Assembly (NCBI GenBank): GCA_964408285.1
Contig: CAYOYV010000002.1
Coordinates: forward strand, 110,590-174,589
Direction of reading: 5' to 3'
Source of the DNA: an uncultured Nitrososphaerota archaeon
GTDB taxonomy: Archaea > Thermoproteota > EX4484-205 > JAAOZO01
DNA length: 64,000 nt
Shown: one piece after another, positions 29,490 through 39,300 of the stretch
Layout: each line of letters begins with the position of its first letter
Position numbering within the stretch: position 1 is the first letter of the stretch
Program-made: the position numbers and the translations under genes
The notes under the pieces: generated by a model
What the model was told of the DNA's origin: nothing
Databases searched by the model: none
What the model saw: only the letters and a program-made list of their open reading frames with translations

Positions 29490-30179
29490 ATGGGGAGCAA
29501 GGGAAGGAGTGGCGAGGAGATAGCCATGAGATTGCTTCAGAGCCTCGGATATGAGATACTTGAAACCCGTAAAGAGGTGAGTCTAGAGGGGACTGGAGTT
29601 GCTGAAATAGATATCACGGCAAGGGATCCCAGAGGGACGGTCTACGCCATTGAAGTCAAGTCAGGAAAGGCTTCAGTGTCAGACATTAGGCAAGTCTATG
29701 CTAATGCAAAGTTGGTGGGATTGAAACCCATGATAATCTGCAAGGGATTCTCGGACAGATCTGCGGAAGTTGCGATCAAGAGATTCAAGATCCGGAGCCT
29801 TCTACTACCAGAATACTATCTAATCAACCTTGAAGACGTAAAGGAAATAGTTGATGAGTTGGTTGCCGACATATTGCTCGGATTTGAGAAGGCGGACTTG
29901 AGGGCGCTGAACGAAGAGGAGATGAGGGTCCTTGTTGGACTGTCCGAGGTTTCCTCTTTCTCCGAGGCCATGACGAAGTCCGGGATGAATAGGAAGGCCT
30001 TTGGAAGGGCTATCGGAGAGATAAGGAAGAAGTGCCATTTCCCTCTGAAACGGTCAGGATTCATGTACCTGAGTCTTCAGGCGAAGAATCTCATAAGGAG
30101 ATCGCGGGAGGAAAAAATGCTCCGTGAAATACTGGAAAAAGTCAAGTCGATTGATGAGAAGCTACAGTCCCGCAAGTAA
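29490..30179 (+). CDS. Hjc-like PD-(D/E)xK nuclease domain protein with C-terminal HTH-like extension
   Basis: The N-terminus (MGSKGRSGEEIAMRLLQSLGYEIL...EIDITARD...VYAIEVKSGK) matches the archaeal Holliday-junction resolvase Hjc E...D...EVK catalytic pattern. An extra C-terminal segment of about 110 aa (EEEMRVLVGLSEVSSFSEAMTKSGMNRKAFGRAIGEIRKK) resembles an HTH. Confidence 0.5.
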   Translation: MGSKGRSGEEIAMRLLQSLGYEILETRKEVSLEGTGVAEIDITARDPRGTVYAIEVKSGKASVSDIRQVYANAKLVGLKPMIICKGFSDRSAEVAIKRFKIRSLLLPEYYLINLEDVKEIVDELVADILLGFEKADLRALNEEEMRVLVGLSEVSSFSEAMTKSGMNRKAFGRAIGEIRKKCHFPLKRSGFMYLSLQAKNLIRRSREEKMLREILEKVKSIDEKLQSRK

Positions 30180-30314
30180 TCACTGGGTCCGCCGCTCTTG
30201 AACATTCGGCCTACTTCTTTCCATCTTCTGCCCAAGCAGGCGGCAGATCTCATAGTCATGAAGCATAGTTATTAAATGGCATAATCTCGGAAACGCGGAG
30301 GGCAGACCTCAGGC

Positions 30315-31961
30315 ATGGCTGGAGGAATTCTCGCGGCACTGGACAAAATCTCTTCGAGAAAAGGCCTAGTCCTTGCCCTCTATGCGGCATCAGTTGCATA
30401 TTTCTTGGGCATCATTCTTCTTCCGACCACAATTGGAGTCTTGACCAAGCTCGGCTCTGCACAGCAGGTCTTTGCCGATCCTGCTCTATTTGATAGAGCA
30501 ATATCTGCGATCAAGTCATCCTTTGGATTGGCATTTCTTGTTTCCTCGCTCGATCTCATTGCGGGTATACCGCTGGCCTGGCTTATAGCTAGAAGGAAAA
30601 GCAGCCTGATAGGGGTCCTTGATTGGTTAGTTGACTTGCCCCTGATCGTGCCAACGGTGACATTGGGTTATTCCGCTTTGCTGTTTTGGTCTTCAGACAA
30701 TCCATTTGGTTTCCTCGGGATGCAGCCGCTGTCTCCCGGCTGGGTCTTGGTTCTATTGCTGCATTTCTGCTTCTCATACCCAGTTGTTGTAAGAGTAATG
30801 GTGAGCAAGATCATGGAACTCGACCAGATGTATGAGATAGCGGGAAGGACACTTGGTGCAACTCCCCTTACAGCTGCCAGAAGCATATCGATACAATTGC
30901 TGAGTTCCGGGATTGTTGCTTCCTTCTTGTTAGCATTTTCAAGGTCTCTTTCTGAAACTGGGGCAACTATTGTGGTTGCAGGGATATTTGAGAATGGTCC
31001 TGTGTTCATCAGGCGGGCAAAGGAGGCAGGCATGGATGGACCTATGGTCTTCACGAGTCTGGCTCTTATTCTGCTCTCCTTGTTGGTTTACTATCTTGTT
31101 CGCTATCTAGGAGTCCGGGTGAGAATCCCGTTCATAAGGGCTTGGCCCGACATCGAGAAAAAGCTCAGTGGAAAGGAAACCACAACCGTCAGGGATGTCC
31201 TAACTGTTCTCATCTTCGTCTTCTTCATAATGTCCCCAACGATCTTTCTCAGTCTGAAGTATGCACCTTCTCTTTTCGGGAGCCAAGTGCTCTCGCAATT
31301 TCTATCCAGCACCGGCATCTGGAGTTCGTTCTGGGCAAGCTTGATTCTGTCCTATTCAATAGGGCTCGTCGTCGGAGTGATAAACACGGTGTTCAGCATA
31401 CCAATGGCGATCATTATAGCCAGGCGCAGGTTCGGAAAACTCCCAGCTACCATACTTGATGGCCTGACAGCTGTGCCATTGATCATTCCTTCTGTCGCCC
31501 TCGGAGCATCGATGGGGCTATTCTGGGGGGGCCTCAGGACGCTGCCCGAATTCTTGCTAATAGTGTTCGCGCATCTGAGCATTACCTATCCTTATCTTGT
31601 CGCTACAATGGTTTCCGCCTTCGAGGATATTCCGCCATACTTTGAAGAATCGGCAAGAACATTAGGAGCAAATGCGTTTACGGTATTCAGAACAGTGACC
31701 TTGCCCATGGCGAAATACTCGCTAATCTCCGGCATTATGCTCACCTTTACAAGAAGTGTTGATGAGACGGGGGCGACGCTGGCGGTAGTTTCACAGCTGA
31801 AGACCGTGCCTGTACTACTGGTTGACTGGATCAGAAGCGCCTTCCCCGGAAGTGACTTAGCAGCCGGATTCGGCACCTTGTTGCTTCTGCTGATTTCCTT
31901 TTTCATCCTCCTAATGCTTAGACTACTCACTAGGCCAGGTGAAAGATTTGCCAAGAGTTGA
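30315..31961 (+). CDS. ABC transporter permease, fused double domain (FbpB/ThiP/COG1178-like)
   Basis: Two TM domains, each with an EAA loop (EIAGRTLGATPLTAARSISIQLL and ESARTLGANAFTVFRTVTLPMA). Confidence 0.85.
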   Translation: MAGGILAALDKISSRKGLVLALYAASVAYFLGIILLPTTIGVLTKLGSAQQVFADPALFDRAISAIKSSFGLAFLVSSLDLIAGIPLAWLIARRKSSLIGVLDWLVDLPLIVPTVTLGYSALLFWSSDNPFGFLGMQPLSPGWVLVLLLHFCFSYPVVVRVMVSKIMELDQMYEIAGRTLGATPLTAARSISIQLLSSGIVASFLLAFSRSLSETGATIVVAGIFENGPVFIRRAKEAGMDGPMVFTSLALILLSLLVYYLVRYLGVRVRIPFIRAWPDIEKKLSGKETTTVRDVLTVLIFVFFIMSPTIFLSLKYAPSLFGSQVLSQFLSSTGIWSSFWASLILSYSIGLVVGVINTVFSIPMAIIIARRRFGKLPATILDGLTAVPLIIPSVALGASMGLFWGGLRTLPEFLLIVFAHLSITYPYLVATMVSAFEDIPPYFEESARTLGANAFTVFRTVTLPMAKYSLISGIMLTFTRSVDETGATLAVVSQLKTVPVLLVDWIRSAFPGSDLAAGFGTLLLLLISFFILLMLRLLTRPGERFAKS

Positions 31962-33057
31962 GCTCAGGCGTGTCAGTAAGACCTTCGGGCAGATAGCCGC
32001 CCTTCGGGACATTGATCTGGAAGTTGGCGATGGCCAATATGCTTGTCTTCTCGGCCCGACAGGAAGCGGGAAGACTACACTGCTCAAGGTAATCGCAGGC
32101 CTAGTGGCAGTGGATACCGGGAAAATCCTTCTCGATGGGAAGGTCTCCAATGAGGTGCCTCCCGAGCAGAGAAATGCCGTCTACATGCCCCAGAACTATG
32201 CACTGTTTCCTCATATGACGGCCAAGAATAATATCGCATACGGCCTGCGGGTCAGGGGAGTAGACGAGGCGAGCATTTCGGATGTTATCGAAAGAACGCT
32301 GGAGTTAGTCAAGCTCAAGGGCTGGGGAAATGCCTATCCACATGAGCTAAGTGGCGGCATGCAGCAGAGGGTTGCCCTAGCAAGATGCATCACGACAGGC
32401 TCCAAGATTATGCTACTGGATGAGCCCCTCGGGGCTTTGGATGCAAGGCTCAGGCTGGAATTGAGGATAGAACTCAAGAGACTTGCGAAGGATTTGGGAC
32501 TAACGGTTGTCCATGTGACTCACGATCAAGCTGAGGCGACTGCCATGGGAGACGTAATCATACTTCTGCGAGGCGGACAGATAGCGCAGTTCGGAGAACC
32601 AGAAGAGGTACATCTAAGGCCAAGCAGCATCTTCGCCGCTAATTTCGTCGGAGAAAAGAACATAATCGATGGCAGGGTCACAGATGTCAGAGCCGACGAG
32701 GCAATTATCGATCTTGGTGATGGGCTGCAGATAGTCGCCCCAAGAAACGGGCTTGGAACAGGAGAATTGGCAGTGGTGGTCATAAGATGTGAGGGAATAC
32801 ATCCATTTCATATCCATGATAAGAACACCAATAACATTGCAGGGGTTGTAAGGGATGTGAGGTTTCTTGGAAGTTACTTCAGATATTCGATTCAGCTGAA
32901 AGGGGGGAAGGTGCTGCAGGCGAATGTTCCCTCTGCAAGATCGTTACATGTGAATGCAGCAATAGACAACACAATCCCATTGAGCATAAGGAAGGAAGAC
33001 ATAGCGGTCTTCAAGTATCCGGAAAGGGGGCTTGCATTGGAGGTCGAAGCGATATAA
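31939..33057 (+). CDS. ABC transporter ATP-binding protein with C-terminal TOBE domain
   Basis: Walker A GPTGSGKTT, signature LSGGMQQRVALAR, Walker B LLDEPLGALD, and a C-terminal TOBE-like beta domain. Confidence 0.9.
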   Translation: MKDLPRVELRRVSKTFGQIAALRDIDLEVGDGQYACLLGPTGSGKTTLLKVIAGLVAVDTGKILLDGKVSNEVPPEQRNAVYMPQNYALFPHMTAKNNIAYGLRVRGVDEASISDVIERTLELVKLKGWGNAYPHELSGGMQQRVALARCITTGSKIMLLDEPLGALDARLRLELRIELKRLAKDLGLTVVHVTHDQAEATAMGDVIILLRGGQIAQFGEPEEVHLRPSSIFAANFVGEKNIIDGRVTDVRADEAIIDLGDGLQIVAPRNGLGTGELAVVVIRCEGIHPFHIHDKNTNNIAGVVRDVRFLGSYFRYSIQLKGGKVLQANVPSARSLHVNAAIDNTIPLSIRKEDIAVFKYPERGLALEVEAI

Positions 33058-34151
33058 TGCCCAAGATAGAGGTAAAAGGACTGACAAAGAGATTCGGTGA
33101 TTTCGAAGCGGTCAAAGATGTCAGTCTGACGATTGAAGATGGAGAATATGTGTCGATTATAGGACCGAGCGGGTGCGGGAAGACTACTCTGCTCAGGACC
33201 TTGGCAGGTATGATTGGCCAGGATCAAGGACACATCTACTTCGATGGAAATCAAATAGATGACAAGCCCATTGAGGAGAGGGGGGTTGGGTACGTTTTCC
33301 AGAACATAGCGCTTTTTCCGCACATGACATTGTGGGGCAATGTCACATATGGTCCCCGCGTGAAGGCGTATGACTCAAGAAGAACGAGGGCGATATCGAT
33401 CGAAATGCTGGAAATGATGAAACTTACAGAGAGATACAGGGATTATCCGATCGAACTCAGTGGGGGAATGCAGCAGAAGGCAGCGGTCGCTCGATCTCTG
33501 GCTTCCGAGCCCAGCGTCCTCCTTCTCGACGAGCCACTCTCAATGCTTGACGCGAAGGTCAGGGCACAATTGAGATTTGAGCTAAGACGAATAGCAAAGG
33601 ATCTGAACCTCACCGCAATCCATGTCACACACGATCAAGAAGAGGCGATGGCAGTATCCGACAGAATTTTCATCATGAGGAAGGGAAGAATAGTGGAAAG
33701 TGGCAGACCCGACGAACTGTATTTGAGTTCAAAGGAAATCTTCACTGCCTATTTCTTGGGTGAATCAAACATTTTCCAGGGCAGAGTGACTTCTGTTGAT
33801 GATTCTGGTTGCTCAGTGGAAATCGATGGGTTAGCAATGAGATCAGGTATGACTGGCCTCGCTGCCGATTCGAAAGCTGTAGTCGTTGTGAGGCCAGAAT
33901 TCATAGAGCTTTCGGAGAATCCTCAGGAAGGCAATTGGCAAGCTACAGTGGCGAACGCAAGTATGGAGGAACCATTTATCAGATATGAATTGAGGGTTAG
34001 TGACAGCATAAGCATGGTCATGAAACAGCCCTTTTCTTTGGGGATGAAGAGATTCCCCGTGGGAAGCGTCGTTCCTGTAACAATCGTGCCTGATCGCGTA
34101 AGGATCTACAAATACCCCGAAGGAGGCTTAAATAAGGAGATTGAACTTTGA
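33057..34151 (+). CDS. ABC transporter ATP-binding protein with C-terminal TOBE domain (second paralog)
   Basis: Walker A GPSGCGKTT, signature LSGGMQQKAAVAR and Walker B LLDEPLSMLD. Its ATG overlaps the upstream stop (TAATG). Confidence 0.9.
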   Translation: MPKIEVKGLTKRFGDFEAVKDVSLTIEDGEYVSIIGPSGCGKTTLLRTLAGMIGQDQGHIYFDGNQIDDKPIEERGVGYVFQNIALFPHMTLWGNVTYGPRVKAYDSRRTRAISIEMLEMMKLTERYRDYPIELSGGMQQKAAVARSLASEPSVLLLDEPLSMLDAKVRAQLRFELRRIAKDLNLTAIHVTHDQEEAMAVSDRIFIMRKGRIVESGRPDELYLSSKEIFTAYFLGESNIFQGRVTSVDDSGCSVEIDGLAMRSGMTGLAADSKAVVVVRPEFIELSENPQEGNWQATVANASMEEPFIRYELRVSDSISMVMKQPFSLGMKRFPVGSVVPVTIVPDRVRIYKYPEGGLNKEIEL

Positions 34152-34158
34152 CATAGGC

Positions 34159-34845
34159 ATGTCAAAGCCCTTGGAGGAGTGGCTGAAGGCCAGGAGAACA
34201 ATAAGGGTGATGGGCTTAATCCAAGAGCACTCTGAAAAAGCCCTTCAGGTTACCGATGAGTTCCTCCATATGGTTGATGCCTCGATCGCGAATAGACAGC
34301 AAGATCTTGACTTGGCATACAAGAGAGAAGAGCTCAGGGAAAGGGAGGGTGACGCTCTCAGGAGGAAGATATTGGAGGAACTGGCAAGGGGGGAACTCTC
34401 CCCCGAGGAGCGAGAGTACATCATGCGACTGGCTAGACAGATGGACCTGGTTGCTGACTATGCTCATGGTGCTGGACGGATATTGACTTTCCTCCCCTTG
34501 GATAGAACTGACGAGACGCTTAGGCAGCAGATACATGAGATATGCAACAAGACCAGGGACTGCGTGGCCAACCTAGGGCAGTGCATCAAGGAACTGGTCC
34601 AAAAAGATCTGAATGGTGCTGCCTACTACGTTGATATTATTGAGAAGCTCGAGGAGGAGGTCGACGAACTGCACATGAAGACGAGGAGAACTCTTCTTGG
34701 CGATTATTACTCTAGGGTCGATCCGAGGATTGTGAGTTTCCTTTCAGAATTCTTCGAGGCGGTCGAGGAGACCTCTGACAGATGCGAGGATTGCTCGGAT
34801 CAGATAAAAGTTCTGATCATATACCTTTCAAAGCCTTCCTCGTAA
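34159..34845 (+). CDS. DUF47/PhoU-like transport regulator protein
   Basis: About 228 aa helical protein with paired acidic helices (DEFLHMVDASIA... and YYVDIIEKLEEEVDELHMKTRR), like TIGR00153/PhoU_div proteins. Confidence 0.65.
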   Translation: MSKPLEEWLKARRTIRVMGLIQEHSEKALQVTDEFLHMVDASIANRQQDLDLAYKREELREREGDALRRKILEELARGELSPEEREYIMRLARQMDLVADYAHGAGRILTFLPLDRTDETLRQQIHEICNKTRDCVANLGQCIKELVQKDLNGAAYYVDIIEKLEEEVDELHMKTRRTLLGDYYSRVDPRIVSFLSEFFEAVEETSDRCEDCSDQIKVLIIYLSKPSS

Positions 34846-35062
34846 CGAGTGTAGCATTTGTCTTCCCAGAAGAACCTTCCGAGAGACGCATCAGGAGGCG
34901 TCGCCGGATTCATAGAAGCCCATGTTCCCAATCGTGCAAGTGGAACTGGTCTGCAGCCCGTCGTTCTCAGGAACAATCCCACTCACACAATATGCTACGA
35001 CGGTTAATACTCTATTATAGAGGTGAATCATTAAAACGTCCGAGGAGCAGACATACCTGAGA

Positions 35063-35980
35063 TTGGGAGGCAGCATATTGGTCGCTGGGCACACGTCCGT
35101 CGATGTAGTGACAGCACCAACCGGGAAGAATGTGCAACCCGGAGGGGCTGCGCTCTATGCGGCCATAGCGGCCAGGATCTTCAACAACGATGTTAGGCTG
35201 GCGACTTCCATCGGAACTGACTACGAGTATCACGAGCTTCTCAAGCAGTTCCCGAATTCGACCATAGTGATGGCGAATACGAAGAGCTGCAGATTTGAGA
35301 TTGAGTACGATGATAGGTGGAGCGCGACCTACAACAAATCGGAATACATGGCTGCCAGATTTCTGAAAGCGGACAGAGTGGTAACAGCGGCACAGGGGTG
35401 TTCATACGTGCATCTTGCACCGATGCCTCCAAGAAAGATCTCCAAGATGGTTCATGGCCTCAGGGAGAGACCTGGGCTTACGATCTCCTTGAATTCCTGG
35501 GAAGGATACATGAAAGAAGGAAACGACAGAAGACTACTGCGTGAGTTGGCTCCACTTGTTGACTTCTTCATCATAAATGAAAAGGAGATAATGAAGTTGG
35601 CAGAAGTAGACAATCTGAATCTGGCAGTCAATAGTCTGCCTGCCAAGCAATTGATAGTGACACTCGGGCACTTTGGGGCGATATATGCAAAGGAAGGTAG
35701 ATTCACCATATACCCAGCCACTACTTGGTTTGGTGGAAATACGGTCGATGCGACGGGAGCAGGAGATGTTTGGTGCGGAGCATTCATCGGTGCCTACTCA
35801 TTAGAACAGGACGTTCCTTCAGCAGTTTCCGCCGCCGGGACCATATCTGCCCTGAAATGCAGGGGATGGAATTTCCAAGAGATAGAGAGATTGAAGTTCG
35901 ACTCGGTGAACGATCTAGTCAGGTATGCCTTGAGCGAGAGAGCGGAGGGCCAGCAGACACTCACCAGATTCCTCAGATAG
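35063..35980 (+). CDS. PfkB-family carbohydrate kinase (ribokinase-like)
   Basis: The N-terminal GG motif (NVQPGGAALYAA) and the C-terminal DATGAGD anion-hole signature are both present. Confidence 0.85.
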   Translation: MGGSILVAGHTSVDVVTAPTGKNVQPGGAALYAAIAARIFNNDVRLATSIGTDYEYHELLKQFPNSTIVMANTKSCRFEIEYDDRWSATYNKSEYMAARFLKADRVVTAAQGCSYVHLAPMPPRKISKMVHGLRERPGLTISLNSWEGYMKEGNDRRLLRELAPLVDFFIINEKEIMKLAEVDNLNLAVNSLPAKQLIVTLGHFGAIYAKEGRFTIYPATTWFGGNTVDATGAGDVWCGAFIGAYSLEQDVPSAVSAAGTISALKCRGWNFQEIERLKFDSVNDLVRYALSERAEGQQTLTRFLR

Positions 35981-36154
35981 CATGGGACGCCTCAATTCAG
36001 GGCATGATTCCGCCGTGTGTCCGATGCTTCCTTTGAATCAGCAACCCGCCTCGTGATTTCTGGCACCCCGAATCGGGGACTTGTCCAATTGGAATGGGAG
36101 CGCCGCGCTGTATGTTCAGGCATGGTTTAAGTATTCCCAAAAAAGGAACTGGAA

Positions 36155-37774
36155 GTGCCAATGAAAAGCCTCGAAGCGATACTGCAAAAAGCCATAGCCT
36201 CAATGCAAGGACATCCCCTTCTATTGGGCTTCGTCAGTCTGGCTTGGCTTGCTCTCAGAACCGGAACGAAGCCGACGAGAATATCCTATCCGTGTCAGAG
36301 GGCGGCTTTGGCGAATTCCTGTTTTCTTCTAACTGCCTATATCGTACCATTTCTAATGCTTATTCCCGATGTTCCGGCCAAGTATCTGAAATCCAAGAAG
36401 GTTCTTCTGGCCATCCTTCTGGCAGTGATCATTTCTGGAGGAGCAGCGGTGCTGATTCTGCTGAAGCCGCAAGACAATTCGACAGTGTTGGAAATAAATC
36501 CCAGCAAAGCAAAGGAATCTCCGGCCTCCAAGATATTCATTGTAAACGGGGTGAAGGAGTCCGACTGCTACGAAGCAGTGCGGCAGTTGATCTCTCTGAT
36601 GGGATCCAATGGCTTGTTCTTTTACAGATCAGAATCGGCCGGACTCACTCAAGATCCAAGTGGATTGATTTCAAGCGATGATGTCGTCATAGTAAAAGTC
36701 AATGGCCAGTGGAGCGAGAGGGGCGGGACGAATACAGACCTTGTCAAGGCCTTGATACAATTCATATTGGAACACCCAGATGGTTTCACTGGAGAGATAG
36801 TAATATGTGACAACGGGCAGGGCAGGGGGAGCCTATCTTGGTCTCAGAATAACGCCGAAAACAGAGCTCAGTCCTTTGAGACATTGGCAGAATATTTCTC
36901 TGGCAGAAGAGTCTCAACGTATCTGTGGGATAGGATTGCAGATCGCGTGGTCAGGGAATATGATAAGGGCGATCTTGCCGATGGCTATGTCTTGACCGAT
37001 GTTCCGCTGGCTGGAGCGACAACTAATATGCAGAACGTTTCCTATCCAAAGTTCAGGACAAAATACGGGACCTACATCAGTTTCAACAGGGGAGTCTGGC
37101 AGTCCGATTTGGGATCCTACAACTCCTCGAGGCTCAAAGTGTTGAACGTTCCAGTGCTGAAATCTCACTCAGGTTACCTATTCACAGGCGCAATCAAGCA
37201 CTACATGGGAGTGGTGTCGCAGACACTGACGAACGCCCATTCTGCGATCGGCAAAGGTGCCATGGGAACAGAAATGGCGAATACACGATATCCCATCCTG
37301 AACATCCTAGATGCCATCTGGATCAATCCTCGCCCAGGTTCCGGGCCTGCGACGTCATATGCAGATGCGGTCAAGAGCGGCCTAGTGATGGCAAGCAGAG
37401 ATCCCATCGCATTGGACACTTGGGCTGCGATTCACGTGCTCTCAGAAGTGGCAGTCAAAATGGGATTTGCATCCGGTGACGCTATTAGGTTCAATCCAGT
37501 CGGTTCTTATCTGAAGCCCAGCATGGAGGAATTGAGGGGTCATGGATATGACGTTACGATGGATGAGAGTCACATGGACATATGCGTGGCCAATCTCATA
37601 TCAGCTACGAACGATGGGAAGGAGCTGATCTTTTCTCTTGGCACATCGCAGAACGGATGGATGCTTCAGACATCCCAAGACTTTGTCAGATCAGAGTATA
37701 GCCCAGTCTCTCCTTCAGGAAATCTGACAATGCCTCGAGAGTCGGCAGTCCGCTCTGAGCGCCGACCTTCCTAA
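36155..37774 (+). CDS. membrane-anchored DUF362 domain protein
   Basis: N-terminal TM helices. The DUF362 core begins VVIVKVNGQWSERGGTNTDLVKALIQFILEH...IVICDNG and ends LKSHSGYLFTGAIKHYMG. The C-terminal tail is low complexity and overlaps the convergent PfkB gene by about 89 bp. Confidence 0.55.
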   Translation: MPMKSLEAILQKAIASMQGHPLLLGFVSLAWLALRTGTKPTRISYPCQRAALANSCFLLTAYIVPFLMLIPDVPAKYLKSKKVLLAILLAVIISGGAAVLILLKPQDNSTVLEINPSKAKESPASKIFIVNGVKESDCYEAVRQLISLMGSNGLFFYRSESAGLTQDPSGLISSDDVVIVKVNGQWSERGGTNTDLVKALIQFILEHPDGFTGEIVICDNGQGRGSLSWSQNNAENRAQSFETLAEYFSGRRVSTYLWDRIADRVVREYDKGDLADGYVLTDVPLAGATTNMQNVSYPKFRTKYGTYISFNRGVWQSDLGSYNSSRLKVLNVPVLKSHSGYLFTGAIKHYMGVVSQTLTNAHSAIGKGAMGTEMANTRYPILNILDAIWINPRPGSGPATSYADAVKSGLVMASRDPIALDTWAAIHVLSEVAVKMGFASGDAIRFNPVGSYLKPSMEELRGHGYDVTMDESHMDICVANLISATNDGKELIFSLGTSQNGWMLQTSQDFVRSEYSPVSPSGNLTMPRESAVRSERRPS

Positions 37775-38621
37775 TCTTCAGAGCAGCCGAAGCATTCGCC
37801 ACAATCGAAGCTTTCGAGAAATCCAAACCCTTCACAAGCACGCCGTACAGGAAGGCAGAATTGAACGCGTCTCCTGCTCCTGTGGTATCTAAGACCTCTG
37901 TCTTGAAGGAATTAAGTGACTCTTCTCCTCCCTCGGTCGCAATTAGGCTGCCCTTCGAACCCATGGTCATTACCACCGCCTTTGGACCTAGCCTCAGCAG
38001 AGACCTTGCTGCCAAGACGGGGTCCTTGGCATCCGTTATTGACATGGCCCCCAGCTTGTTGGGCATAAGTAGATCGGTTAACTCCAGTATTGGCTTCAGA
38101 GTATCGAGTCCATACGAAGACACATGCTTCTCGAGGTCAAATGATGTCAGCAGCCCGTGTTCCTTCGCAACCCTCATGGCCTTCAATGCGCTGTTCGGCT
38201 TGATGGCACTTGTGTGGAATGCCCTAGCTGATGTGATGTAGCCTTCATCAATCTCATCCGGATCTGGTAGGTTATCCCTGAGCAGTGGATCCTGTATTAT
38301 CATCTTTTCTCCTGCCCTGTTGACGAGGATGATGTTCAGGGCAGTTCTGCCGCCTTTGTGAATCATCAATTTGTCCAGGTTTACGCCCTCAAGCGACATC
38401 GAGGACACGATCTGTGTGCCTTCTCCATCATCTCCAATTCCTCCTATGAATCCCGCTTTCCCTCCCAATCTCGCGAAGCCTACGCAGAAGTTGCAGGTTA
38501 CGCCTCCAACATTCCTTTGTGATGAGAGACTGAATATCTTCTCATCCGGCTCGGGGAACTCGTCCACAATCTGGGTCAGATCAATACAGGTTTCGCCCAA
38601 TCCCACAAGGTCCAGCGTCAT
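37686..38621 (-). CDS. PfkB-family carbohydrate/nucleoside kinase
   Basis: GG dipeptide region (NVGGVTCNF) and DTTGAGDAF signature. Confidence 0.85.
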   Translation of the reverse strand: MTLDLVGLGETCIDLTQIVDEFPEPDEKIFSLSSQRNVGGVTCNFCVGFARLGGKAGFIGGIGDDGEGTQIVSSMSLEGVNLDKLMIHKGGRTALNIILVNRAGEKMIIQDPLLRDNLPDPDEIDEGYITSARAFHTSAIKPNSALKAMRVAKEHGLLTSFDLEKHVSSYGLDTLKPILELTDLLMPNKLGAMSITDAKDPVLAARSLLRLGPKAVVMTMGSKGSLIATEGGEESLNSFKTEVLDTTGAGDAFNSAFLYGVLVKGLDFSKASIVANASAALKIRKVGAQSGLPTLEALSDFLKERLGYTLI

Positions 38622-38626
38622 CTAGA

Positions 38627-39187
38627 TCACTCCAATGTGGCATGAAGTCTCAATATTACCTCTTCAGTGACCCCCTTCCTTTTCATGACTTCCGCCACGA
38701 CGCTGTCCAATGTCGATAGCGCGGCAATGTCGAATAGAGAAGTGAACGGAGCCGAGCTGCTCTTCTCAACCAGCCTTGTCTTTCCAGGTATCGAAACTAC
38801 GTGGTCCGCCATCTCTCCTATTCGGCTCTGCTTGTGGGCCGTCAGTACCACGACCACTCCACCCATCTCTTTCGCCTTTTTCACCAGGCAAGCCGTGGAT
38901 TCCGTTTTCCCGCTGCCAGATATCGCGACGAGTATATCTCCCCTGCCAAAGCTAGGGGTGAAGGTATCCCCAACAAAGAAAGCCGGGATTGCTATGTGAT
39001 TGAGCCTCTGAACGAAGGCCTTTATCATGAGCCCCGATCTTCCTGCTCCATAGGCGAACACCCTTTTGCTTCCCACAATCAATTCCACCAATTTCTCAAG
39101 CTGCGTTTCAGAGAGACTAGAGGCTAGGCCTGACATGTGCTTTGCTATCTCATCCAAGGAAATGCCTAACGTGATCAGTCTGTCCAT
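38627..39187 (-). CDS. SIS-domain sugar-phosphate isomerase (6-phospho-3-hexuloisomerase-like)
   Basis: VFAYGAGRSG...ISGSGKT SIS motifs. The size (186 aa) is typical of PHI/HxlB. Confidence 0.75.
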   Translation of the reverse strand: MDRLITLGISLDEIAKHMSGLASSLSETQLEKLVELIVGSKRVFAYGAGRSGLMIKAFVQRLNHIAIPAFFVGDTFTPSFGRGDILVAISGSGKTESTACLVKKAKEMGGVVVVLTAHKQSRIGEMADHVVSIPGKTRLVEKSSSAPFTSLFDIAALSTLDSVVAEVMKRKGVTEEVILRLHATLE

Positions 39188-39300
39188 TGTCTCATCTTTA
39201 TCGACGCAAGGGGAAATAACTCTTTAGGCACTAAATGCCGGCCATTCCCCTTGACCTCTGGTTCTGTGGGTCAAAAACCAACATAGGTGTTGTTGAGGGC

